From the IMG/VR virus record IMGVR_UViG_3300005837_000755, positions 1 to 26,371 of that record: a DNA stretch of 26,371 nt, one strand, 5' to 3'. The notes beneath the pieces were generated by a model. The model saw only the letters and a program-made list of their open reading frames with translations, was not told the origin of the DNA and did not search any database. This DNA comes from a virus (lineage: Duplodnaviria; Caudoviricetes). Positions 18,901-26,371 of the stretch are shown here, piece by piece; positions within the stretch are counted from its first letter, which is position 1, and every line of letters begins with the position of its first letter. Made by a program: the position numbers and the translations under genes.

Positions 18901-21900
18901 AGATATAGGTAATAACGCAACAACAACTAAATTAGCAAGAACAGGTGATTTTATTACATTGCCTTATGCCACACAATTATTTAGAACACAACCTAACGCA
19001 TCACAAACTATTAACCTAGCAGAAGAGTTAACATTCCATTATGGTGGTAACATGACATTAACACCAGATGTAGATAACTTTGTAGCTACAGATGTTCAAC
19101 CAGCAGTTACTAGAAACTTTGATGGTAACTATGACGCATGGGAAAACATGTCAAATGCTTGGGGTACACAATGGGGTTCATGGGAAGATGTAGGTGCAGC
19201 ACAAGTAACCACAAATACACAGCAATTAAATACATTTGGTTCTAACAACTCAGGAACAGGAACAAGTAATCAATCATTGTTTACAACTACAACAACACAG
19301 CAGAACCAAACAAGACAAGGTGTATCTGTAGACATTAGTGCAACTACAGAGTCACAAAGTTTAGGAGAGAAAGTAGTTGATGTATCTTTTGCTCCGTTCA
19401 TGAGATCTAGACTTGTATCATTTAGTGCTTGGAGAATGAAACCAGGAACAACAGTTTATCCATTCTTTGATGGAGAAGATGTATCAGCACATTGTCTATT
19501 AAGATCATCAACAGACGGTACTGATGGAGCTTATGGTGGTGCATTAACAACAGATGCAAATGGTAGAATAAATGGTAAGTTTAGAATTCCAGAAGGACAA
19601 TTTAAAACAGGTGTTAAGGTATTTAAATTAACAGATAGTTCTACAAATAATAAAACTGCAAAAACAACAGCAGTAGCAAACTATGAATCTGCAGGTTTAA
19701 GACAGAAAACACAAGACACAATATTAGCATTGAAAACTGCTAATGTAGCAACAACGCAATTCTCAGAAGACAGAGTAACAACAGATCAAAGTGTTGATAT
19801 TTCAATTGGAGCAGGAACACCAATGCCACCTCCACCGGCTCCTATTATCAATAACATTACAAACATAACAAATAATACAACAGTAGTGGAGGCACCTCCT
19901 GTATCGACACCGGTAGTAGATCCAGTAGATACAACTCAACCAACAGATACTACAACATCAGATCCAGATCCAACACCACCGGCCGATCCAGAACCAGATC
20001 CAGTACCTCCACCAATTGATACAGATCCTCCTGAAGGAGATAACCCTACAGGTCCTATAGTATTTGATTTCCCAGATCCTATATTAGGATTAAACTTAGA
20101 CTTCTCAGATATAGCAGAAAGACTTTGGATGGGAGACTTTATGATGGGCGATCCTTTAGCCCAAACATTTAAAGTTGAACAGGCAGATGGTGGTATATTT
20201 GTTACAGACATACAACTATACTTTAAGAATAAACCAGCATCAGGTACTAATGGTGTTACATTAGAAATTAGAGAAGTTATTAACGGTGTGCCAGGACCTA
20301 AGATAGTTCCTGGAGGAGTACTATACAAAGCACCTGGAGATATAAATGTATCTACAGAATCAGGTGGAGTAACAACTTTTGTTGCAACAACATTTGCATT
20401 TAGAAATCCTGTATATTTAAAGAACAACACAGAATATTGCTTTGTTCCTAAACCAGAGAACGATGACACAGGATATGATCTTTGGATTTCAGAACTAGGT
20501 GAGAACCAATTTGGAACAACTAACAGAATAGACAAACAACCAGCAGCAGGTATGTTATTTACATCTGCTAATGATAGAACTTGGACTCCACATCAAAGTA
20601 AAGATATAATGTTTAATATTAGACGAGCAGTATTCCAGACAAATACAAGTTATTCTGGAACTATATTAAACGAAAAAATAGATTGGATGAACCTTACATG
20701 GCCAACAGCAGGAAGTTTAGCAACTGCACAAAAATTTAATCCTGGTGATTATGTTGTAGGGCATACAACAGCAATTACAGCAGGCGGAGCAGGATATAGT
20801 GGTGCACCAACAGTTACAGTATCTAGAGGCTCAGGCGATACAACAGGAACAGGACTAGCAATAACAGCAACAGTTTCAGGTGGAGCAGTAACAGCATTAA
20901 CAGTTACCAATCCTGGACATAGTTATACTGTTAATCCTACTATTTCAATAGCAAACACAGGTTCAACACAAGCAACAGGAACAGTAACACTTAATAAAGG
21001 TGTTGTAGATAATTGGAACAGTTTAGATAAACAAGCTTTTGTAAGAGTACAAGCAGGTAAATTTACAACAGGAATGCTTGTAGGTTCCTCAGATGGTTAT
21101 GGAGAAATAGGTTCATTTACAGATAAGAAAATTAATGAATTGGTGTTAAGTTTTGCTACAATGGAACCTGGCACAGGTACAACAATTACAGCAGAGTCAG
21201 CTCTTACAACTACAGGAGCAGGAAGCGCTAATACAGCTACTTTTGTTCCGGTAAATATAAACGCTACAAATAATTTAAAAGCAGAAAAAACAGTTTACAG
21301 TAATAGCAACGAACAAACTACATACTCAGATACAAGAACAGGTAGATTAAAAGTTACTATGAGAAGTCCAGCAAACAATATATCTCCTGTAATAGATCTA
21401 AGACAATCAGAGTTCTTAGCAGTATGTAATGATATTAATAATGATTCAACAAACGAAACAGGAAGAACAGGCGGTAACGCATCATCTAAATATATATCAA
21501 GAAGGGTTATATTAGAAGACGGACAAGATGCTGAAGACTTACAAGTTTATTTAGACGCAGCTATACCTACACAGAGTTCAATAGAAGTTTATGGTAAGTT
21601 CCAAAACGCAGCAGATCCAGGTAACTTCCAAGAAGATTTAAATTGGGTAAAACTAGGAACTAACTCTACACCTTCAGAAGGAACTGAAGACTTTGCAGAG
21701 TATAGTTATAGTATTCCAGCAAAATCAGGTGGTGTAGGAACAAACGGAACTGGTGTATTAGAGTATGATGTAGATGTTGTGGCAAGTATAGCAGTAGGCG
21801 GAAGTATGTCTGGTTATACTAGTGCACCAACAGTAACAATTACTGGTGGCGGTGGTTTTGGAGCTACAGCAACAGCAGCAGTTTCAGGTGGTGTTGTAAC

Positions 21901-22117
21901 AGGAATAACAGTTACAAACCCAGGAAGAGAATATAGTTCAGCACCAACAATAGCAATTACAGGCGGTGGAGGTTCTGGAGCAACAGGAACAGCAACTACA
22001 GGTACAGTAACATATACAGGATATAAGACATTTGCTGTTAAGGTAGTACCACTAAGCACAAGTTCAGTACATGTTCCTAAGTTTAAAGACTTAAGAGCTA
22101 TAGCATTACAGGTTTAA
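15902..22117 (+). CDS. Large virion structural protein, VrlC/DUF4815-like
   Basis: LN.SPYYDDF...[74 protein letters not shown] and the C-terminal P..KDLRAIAL. Confidence 0.85.
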   Translation: MALNLNASPYYDDFSDSKNFHRVLFKPGVAVQARELTQLQTLLQDQLAKGFGFVLQEGAVVTGCTEQKLVRDWVKIFDTDNSSVAVDNNTLANYVGDTLTGATTGLTATITNVATGTQAAAPATKKLYFNYTNGHATYTGFQESEVLTVTSTDSGRNGDTFVVYTGTSNTQKKNNYSGQTVEYVLAPGVIYARGNFIKTNKIRCLANRYSELANAEIGFVVAESTVGSATDTSLLDPAQGSFNYNAPGADRLKFDVTLNSYAEGDTKPENFYLYIKHEFGGAVRSRVKDNPLSGVGQVLANRTYDESGNYTVKGNNIDLREHLQNAANTNGGVYTSAKGGKSSALVLGVSPGISYVGGFKRELLSTKRINLQKPNDFITRESIPISTSFGNYVNLTYVSGIWDIDGGGSVDLYDTVQNGASSAAGTKVGTAKARHLVYSSGTAGATAAQYKLYLYDIQMTGSDFQSVKGIRYENTMADGIGNLVLENTIAVLKETKQNKLLFAMPNNNIKTLASDVGNTYDHSFQYTKEYDVSLDASAGNVTITTTGDETFPYDTSGTELTDTIKKANIIVVSKDGYTQNSATIAAGQYIDLTAGTSSVTCASATSMTIDLGGAVTVGSGSLDVRVYVNVLKTDASPVAKALVKDRYVKIDTSSHINSTTGIYNLGLSDGYQLQSVTAGTNSDYTTGQVDYTDQFRFINGQQDNFVGQAKIALKSTSSLNLTTNKYIVVKVSHFTQTISSATFHCVDSYPVDDSSSPAANTIRTEDIPIYRSNVHGDFDLRNTIDFRPRAVDTATSTSTLGSASVNPSANEAIDRPGNGLTNPVPVKTFTTDYNYYRGKNIRVILDNDGAIRVLEGAYSDDPTFPAEPEKCMTLATAELKPHPCLSPSEAKRVGRPDLGCTVTQQAQKRFTMRDIGVLEQRIKNLEYYASLNLLENFAKDQTIVNSSGLDRFKNGILVDAFTGHNVGAVLDPDYHIAIDPKLKHARPFFKMESIPLSSHTDIGNNATTTKLARTGDFITLPYATQLFRTQPNASQTINLAEELTFHYGGNMTLTPDVDNFVATDVQPAVTRNFDGNYDAWENMSNAWGTQWGSWEDVGAAQVTTNTQQLNTFGSNNSGTGTSNQSLFTTTTTQQNQTRQGVSVDISATTESQSLGEKVVDVSFAPFMRSRLVSFSAWRMKPGTTVYPFFDGEDVSAHCLLRSSTDGTDGAYGGALTTDANGRINGKFRIPEGQFKTGVKVFKLTDSSTNNKTAKTTAVANYESAGLRQKTQDTILALKTANVATTQFSEDRVTTDQSVDISIGAGTPMPPPPAPIINNITNITNNTTVVEAPPVSTPVVDPVDTTQPTDTTTSDPDPTPPADPEPDPVPPPIDTDPPEGDNPTGPIVFDFPDPILGLNLDFSDIAERLWMGDFMMGDPLAQTFKVEQADGGIFVTDIQLYFKNKPASGTNGVTLEIREVINGVPGPKIVPGGVLYKAPGDINVSTESGGVTTFVATTFAFRNPVYLKNNTEYCFVPKPENDDTGYDLWISELGENQFGTTNRIDKQPAAGMLFTSANDRTWTPHQSKDIMFNIRRAVFQTNTSYSGTILNEKIDWMNLTWPTAGSLATAQKFNPGDYVVGHTTAITAGGAGYSGAPTVTVSRGSGDTTGTGLAITATVSGGAVTALTVTNPGHSYTVNPTISIANTGSTQATGTVTLNKGVVDNWNSLDKQAFVRVQAGKFTTGMLVGSSDGYGEIGSFTDKKINELVLSFATMEPGTGTTITAESALTTTGAGSANTATFVPVNINATNNLKAEKTVYSNSNEQTTYSDTRTGRLKVTMRSPANNISPVIDLRQSEFLAVCNDINNDSTNETGRTGGNASSKYISRRVILEDGQDAEDLQVYLDAAIPTQSSIEVYGKFQNAADPGNFQEDLNWVKLGTNSTPSEGTEDFAEYSYSIPAKSGGVGTNGTGVLEYDVDVVASIAVGGSMSGYTSAPTVTITGGGGFGATATAAVSGGVVTGITVTNPGREYSSAPTIAITGGGGSGATGTATTGTVTYTGYKTFAVKVVPLSTSSVHVPKFKDLRAIALQV

Positions 22118-22118
22118 G

Positions 22119-22349
22119 ATGAGTGAGTTTAAAAAAGACATTATAAATATTGAAGGGGATAGACACTTAGTACGGGATAAAAATTCCAAAGCATTACTAA
22201 GTAGAAATCATGAGGGATTAAAGGCTTATAAAATTCAAAGAAATAGAAATAATAAAATTCTAGAGTATGAAAATGATATAAATACTTTAAAACAAGAAGT
22301 AACCGAAATTCGCAGTGCAATAGAATTATTGGTTAATAAATTAACATAG
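22119..22349 (+). CDS. Small coiled-coil protein of the type that follows VrlC-like genes
   Basis: IEGDRHLVRD.NSKA...INTLKQEVTEIRSAIELLVNK; heptad-like C-terminus; gene position. Confidence 0.6.
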   Translation: MSEFKKDIINIEGDRHLVRDKNSKALLSRNHEGLKAYKIQRNRNNKILEYENDINTLKQEVTEIRSAIELLVNKLT

Positions 22350-22361
22350 GCAGGAAATTAA

Positions 22362-22883
22362 ATGGCAACTATTACATTAAGATCAGCAAAAGGAAGTCCG
22401 CTTACCAATAATGAGGTAGACGCGAACTTTACTAATCTTAATACTGCCAAATATGAGGCAAACGATAATATATCTGTCGGTACAATAGCAGGTAGCACAC
22501 TTACCCTAACAGGGAATGCTACATTCCAAGGTACGACGACATTAAGTGCTTCAGCAGCAGTATCGGCAGCAGGTACAACACAAGGAGCAGCGACAGCGCT
22601 GACAGCCTCGTATAACATTGTAACATCTGCTACAGCAGCATCGGCGGAAGGTGTAAAACTTCCTGATACTGCTACAGGATTAGAAACTTTTATATTAAAC
22701 GACACGACAGCATCTATTAAGATATATCCTAGTACAGGAGAATCTATTGATAGTGGTTCAGCAAACGCTAGTGTTTCGTTAGCAGCAGGACATTCACTTA
22801 AATTAGTGGGTGTATCATCAACCAAATGGAACAGGCTAAGCCCTGTTATTATTTACAACTCTTCAGGGACACGAGTAAACTAA
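22362..22883 (+). CDS. Short tail-fibre or adaptor protein
   Basis: N-terminal ITLRSAKGSPLTNNEVDANFTNL fibre-attachment motif; VKLP....G....I.N.....IKIYP..GESID beta-sandwich pattern. Confidence 0.6.
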   Translation: MATITLRSAKGSPLTNNEVDANFTNLNTAKYEANDNISVGTIAGSTLTLTGNATFQGTTTLSASAAVSAAGTTQGAATALTASYNIVTSATAASAEGVKLPDTATGLETFILNDTTASIKIYPSTGESIDSGSANASVSLAAGHSLKLVGVSSTKWNRLSPVIIYNSSGTRVN

Positions 22884-22884
22884 A

Positions 22885-24102
22885 ATGAGACCATTAAAGA
22901 TCAAAGCATCATCATACCCGGTCAGTGCTTCAAACTTCCAAGGTTTGCAAGAAATGACAGATACTGAAATAGAACAATATTATAGTGCTACACTATTAAA
23001 AGACTTTTCAGATAACACCAACGGTTCGGGAGTAGGAGAAATAAATGTTACTACTGATGGCTCTGGTACAGGTACAACAATAGGTTCTATTACAGATACA
23101 AAAAGACAAGACGCAATTGGCACTCACCCTACAGCAGGTTCTACAACTAATGTTAATGTTTATACATTTAAACAAGTAAACTCAACAGCCTCAGAGAGTA
23201 TTACAAATAGACCTTTAGGTTATGAAACATCAGGTAATGTAGGTATAAATGAGTTTACAGATGCAGAACTTGATACAGATATTTTAGATAAAGTATTAGG
23301 TGATTTAGTAGCACAAGGAAACTATGTAACAGGTCAATACACATTGGCATCATCAGCTCCTTCAGGTGGTACTTGGACATCTAGATACACACTAGTAGAT
23401 ACACAAGTAGACGAAACAGAAGACACCAAATATATTTGGCAAAAAACAGCAGCTACAACAGCAGCAGTAGACAATTACAAACCATTAAAATTAGATGGCA
23501 CATCAGTTAAAGAAATGTCAGTAGCTGAAATGGAACAAATAGTTCCTAATATGAGAAATAGAATTACAGATTCAACAATCGGCACATACGCATTACAAGC
23601 AACAGCACCTGCTTCCGGAACATGGGTACAGCAAGGTGACGCATTTTCAGACACAAGACAAGAAGTAGGCTCACAAACTTATGAGGGTAACTACTCAGGA
23701 AACTATACAGGCAACTATACAGGTGCTAAAACTTACACAGGAAGTTATTCAGGTTCTTATACTGGAAACTTCTCAGGTAACTATGTAGGAACTTCTGCTT
23801 ATGCAGGAGCATATTCCGGAAGTTATTCAGGTTCTTACGCAGCAGATTACTCAGGTTATGCTGGTACATCATACTCAGGAACATATTCAGGAAGTTACAC
23901 AGGTTATTATACTGGTGCTAAAACTTACACAGGAACATATTCAGGAGCTTACTCAGGCAGTTATTCAGGTAACTATGTAGGAACCTCAGCGTACGCAGGT
24001 ACATATACAGGTACATACACAGGTTACTATGCAGGAGATACAGTTCTTGCATCAGAAGAAACAGTCGGTACGGTAAAACTGTGGCTTAAGACAGCAGCTT
24101 AA
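22885..24102 (+). CDS. Putative virion fibre or adhesin with three internal domain repeats and a Y-x-G-x repeat tract
   Basis: 405-aa ORF in the structural operon; repeats are visible in the translation. Confidence 0.6.
   Translation: MRPLKIKASSYPVSASNFQGLQEMTDTEIEQYYSATLLKDFSDNTNGSGVGEINVTTDGSGTGTTIGSITDTKRQDAIGTHPTAGSTTNVNVYTFKQVNSTASESITNRPLGYETSGNVGINEFTDAELDTDILDKVLGDLVAQGNYVTGQYTLASSAPSGGTWTSRYTLVDTQVDETEDTKYIWQKTAATTAAVDNYKPLKLDGTSVKEMSVAEMEQIVPNMRNRITDSTIGTYALQATAPASGTWVQQGDAFSDTRQEVGSQTYEGNYSGNYTGNYTGAKTYTGSYSGSYTGNFSGNYVGTSAYAGAYSGSYSGSYAADYSGYAGTSYSGTYSGSYTGYYTGAKTYTGTYSGAYSGSYSGNYVGTSAYAGTYTGTYTGYYAGDTVLASEETVGTVKLWLKTAA
23680..24036 (+). repeat. Coding 12-nt (Y-[ST]-G-x) tandem repeat organised as two 192-nt higher-order units
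   Basis: ggtgctaaaacttacacaggaa at 23722 and 23914; tcaggtaactatgtaggaac at 23773 and 23965; both offsets are 192 nt. Confidence 0.9.
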
Positions 24103-24105
24103 TAG

Positions 24106-24113
24106 TATAAATA
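24106..24113 (+). promoter_or_regulatory. T4-type late promoter TATAAATA for the three-gene cassette
   Basis: Exact octamer in the 33-nt intergenic gap, then GGAG (24127-24130) and ATG at 24136. Confidence 0.75.
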
Positions 24114-24135
24114 CTTTTTACATTATGGAGATATT

Positions 24136-24648
24136 ATGGCTAAGAAAAAGGCTAAACCTGCAAAGGTAAAAATAGGTGACAAAGAATATACAGTAGAAAC
24201 TGTTGACGAAGAAACCCAAGCAAAACCAAAACCAAAATATATATTCCCTTATTGGTCTAACAAAGACACTAAGCATCTTATCGTTACATTAGAATATCCT
24301 AACGGTACAAGAGCTACTGCATCTGTTCAAGATATAGATGGTACAAATCCAGATTATAATGCAATACTAAAAGAGTTTAGCGAAGAAGAAATAGATGCTA
24401 ATACAAGAGAAGGTGTTGAAAGAAGAGACGAACAAATTAAAAAGAGGCTACAAAGAAAAGAGTCTGAACAAATTAGAATGAAACAAGAGATGCTATTTAA
24501 TTCTAAATTAGAGGCATTTGAAATAACAGCAGTAAAAGAATCTAAAAATACAAATCTAAAAAGACTCATTCGTAAAGCAAAAACACCAATGGAAGTTAAT
24601 GCCTATACTACTATATTATTAATGGAGTCCATGGATGACGGAGCATAA
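24136..24648 (+). CDS. Hypothetical protein, possibly a fibre-assembly chaperone
   Basis: 170-aa ORF with a good ribosome-binding site; beta-rich middle and charged helical C-terminus; directly follows a fibre-like gene. Confidence 0.5.
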   Translation: MAKKKAKPAKVKIGDKEYTVETVDEETQAKPKPKYIFPYWSNKDTKHLIVTLEYPNGTRATASVQDIDGTNPDYNAILKEFSEEEIDANTREGVERRDEQIKKRLQRKESEQIRMKQEMLFNSKLEAFEITAVKESKNTNLKRLIRKAKTPMEVNAYTTILLMESMDDGA

Positions 24649-25378
24649 TTTTCCAGATAATGGATTTATAATTGTAGCATCCTTACATGAAAGATTTTAT
24701 AAAGCTGCAATAGAATGTGCAGAGTCAGTAAAATTATTTTGGCCTGAAGCACATATTACAGTATTCGTAGACCATGAAGAATGGATTAAACCTACTGATT
24801 ACAATCATGCAGATCACATAGTACATTGGGAAGTACCCAAACATATTAGAGCTAAACTTTGGGCATTGGGACAAACACCATACAAAGGAATATCTTGTTA
24901 CTTAGATGCTGATATGTTATGCCAACATGAAGATGTAGAAAACATATTTGAACAATTACCTGAAGATCTAGATTTAATGTTTACAAAAATAAGACCATAC
25001 AATGCGAAGGTTACAAAACTTTCTAACACAGAAGAAATGACAGCACATTGTGGAATGTTTTTATATAGGAATAAACCTGAAATACTTGAACTGATGAACT
25101 CTTGGTATGGTGAATATTTAAAACAAACAGAAAAAACTAAAGAAGGTTATGTTAATGAAATAGGTGATTATCCAGATGAAGTAAGAAAATGGGATACTTT
25201 CACAATGTGGAAATTATTAACATATTCAGACCACGGAGTTAAGTGGGACGATGATTTACATATAAGATGGAATTTTATTAATGGACATAGTTACGACGAA
25301 CTAGAAGGTGATGAAATTGTATTTTGGCATTACACAATACCATCACATGAAATTTATTTAAAGTATAAGAAGAAATGA
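24635..25378 (+). CDS. GT-A fold glycosyltransferase (GT8 / nucleotide-diphospho-sugar transferase-like)
   Basis: GFIIVAS first strand, A...AESVK, KLWAL..TPY...CYLDAD (DxD at 24905-24913), HCGMFLY, RWN and terminal IVFWHY. Confidence 0.8.
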   Translation: MTEHNFPDNGFIIVASLHERFYKAAIECAESVKLFWPEAHITVFVDHEEWIKPTDYNHADHIVHWEVPKHIRAKLWALGQTPYKGISCYLDADMLCQHEDVENIFEQLPEDLDLMFTKIRPYNAKVTKLSNTEEMTAHCGMFLYRNKPEILELMNSWYGEYLKQTEKTKEGYVNEIGDYPDEVRKWDTFTMWKLLTYSDHGVKWDDDLHIRWNFINGHSYDELEGDEIVFWHYTIPSHEIYLKYKKK

Positions 25379-26022
25379 TTTGGACTGATATATCAGATGA
25401 ATTATTAGGAATGTTAGAACCATATTCAGATTGGTTCTTTCAACAAGACTTGACTCCATTAAATGAATTAGCAAAAAAGAATCCTAAAAACACAGACACA
25501 ATGGACAATGGTTGTTCAACAGAATATTTACATAAAGTGGTAGAAGCAGATGGACGCCATGAAGGCTATCCAGAAATATCATATAGTTACGATCTTAAGG
25601 CAGGTAATTTGCCTGGTGAATTCCATGAAAAGTATCAAAACTTATCTACGGAATTATGTACATGGCTAGGTGCTCGTAATGAGGCAGTCCATGTTTATTA
25701 TCCTACTAACGGTTTCATGAGTTGGCACAACAACTGGAACGCTCCAGGATACAACATATTATTATCATACACAAAAAATGGTGGTGGGTTCTTTAAATAT
25801 AGAGATCCCAAAACCCATGAAGTGATCGAGATGTTGGATACACCAGGCTGGTCTTGTAAAGTAGGATATTATGGTAGAGGTAGAGAGCCCGATAAAGTCT
25901 ACTATCATACTGCTGGAACACATGAACCTCGCCTCACATTAGGGTTCGTGGTACCCAATTTGGACATTTGGCAGTCCATGATTGAGGATATTTCCGGAGA
26001 AGATGCCTCACATTTCTCCTAA
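25375..26022 (+). CDS. Putative 2OG-Fe(II) oxygenase-like (double-stranded beta-helix) protein
   Basis: YYPTNGFMSWHNN (H118-x-N120), distal YYH178 and R186-x-T; spacing resembles prolyl-hydroxylase-like enzymes. ATGA overlap with the glycosyltransferase gene. Confidence 0.55.
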   Translation: MIWTDISDELLGMLEPYSDWFFQQDLTPLNELAKKNPKNTDTMDNGCSTEYLHKVVEADGRHEGYPEISYSYDLKAGNLPGEFHEKYQNLSTELCTWLGARNEAVHVYYPTNGFMSWHNNWNAPGYNILLSYTKNGGGFFKYRDPKTHEVIEMLDTPGWSCKVGYYGRGREPDKVYYHTAGTHEPRLTLGFVVPNLDIWQSMIEDISGEDASHFS

Positions 26023-26040
26023 ACCCTTGTTCTTACAGTA

Positions 26041-26100
26041 AAAAAGATTTCAAAAAAACCCTATAAATCGCTTGACTTATGGTCCGTAAGAGTGCATAAT
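26041..26100 (+). promoter_or_regulatory. Sigma70-type (early) promoter with UP-like A-tracts
   Basis: TTGACT (26072-26077), 17 nt, CATAAT (26095-26100); A-tracts at 26041-26058; GAGGA ribosome-binding site before ATG 26134. Confidence 0.75.
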
Positions 26101-26133
26101 GTATGTATATTAAATAAAAAAGTGAGGACTTAA

Positions 26134-26371
26134 ATGATATTAGATAACGAAGTAACAATAGCAGGCGAAACAGTTCGTAAAGAAAGATACGGAATGGCAT
26201 CAATTCACGATGAGAACAAGACTTTTACAGGTTATGTTCTTTTTACAAACCAACTTAGAGCAGACTCAAATGGTAATATTTGGGACAAGAGTGTTGAACA
26301 AAACTTTGAGAACACAGCTCAAGTAGATGGCCTTACAGTTTGGACATCAAATGGTGAGGTTCCATTCGCAG
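26134..26371 (+). CDS. Hypothetical early protein, truncated by the window end
   Basis: MILDNEVTIAGETVRKERYGMASIHDENKTF... is open to the end of the window, with a ribosome-binding site and promoter upstream. Confidence 0.65.
   Translation, partial: MILDNEVTIAGETVRKERYGMASIHDENKTFTGYVLFTNQLRADSNGNIWDKSVEQNFENTAQVDGLTVWTSNGEVPFA

Noticed and set aside
15772-22284. Intragenic TATAAATA octamers at 15772, 22142 and 22277
   Set aside because: They could be internal late promoters for downstream genes, but at this base composition several chance copies are expected in 26 kb, so only intergenic copies were called.
23680-24036. Repeat tract as a CRISPR array or a diversity-generating retroelement TR/VR pair
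   Set aside because: The repeats are in-frame coding units without spacers, the differences between copies are not confined to adenines, and no reverse transcriptase or cas gene is in the window.
1-26371. Stop-codon reassignment, introns or inteins
   Set aside because: TAA, TAG and TGA all end genes at expected positions under the standard code, conserved genes are uninterrupted, and the insertions lack intein splice motifs.

Overview
An AT-rich (roughly one-third GC) segment of a large T4-like myophage genome, resembling marine or aquatic T4-like phages, carrying the tail and baseplate morphogenesis block. Minus strand (3070->1): gp4, gp2, a tail-tube-fold gp54/gp19-like gene, gp26, a short gp51-like frame and the start of a probable tape-measure gene. 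Plus strand (3114->26022): gp48, gp53, a gp27-like hub, gp5 spike, a LysM protein, gp25, gp6, gp7, a tail-collar-like protein, gp8, a 2071-aa VrlC/DUF4815-like protein, two small fibre or adaptor genes, a Tyr-x-Gly repeat protein, and a late-promoter cassette (hypothetical protein, GT-A glycosyltransferase, 2OG-Fe(II)-oxygenase-like protein). A sigma70-type early promoter and a truncated ORF close the window. Two signals stand out. (1) A candidate -1 programmed ribosomal frameshift (U-UUU-UUC plus a downstream hairpin) fusing gp26 to a start-less gp51 frame, in the tube - chaperone - chaperone-fusion - tape-measure order known from lambda G/GT. (2) A candidate virion-protein modification cassette next to a Ser/Thr/Tyr-rich repeat fibre. 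All family calls come from motif recognition by eye; no searches were run.
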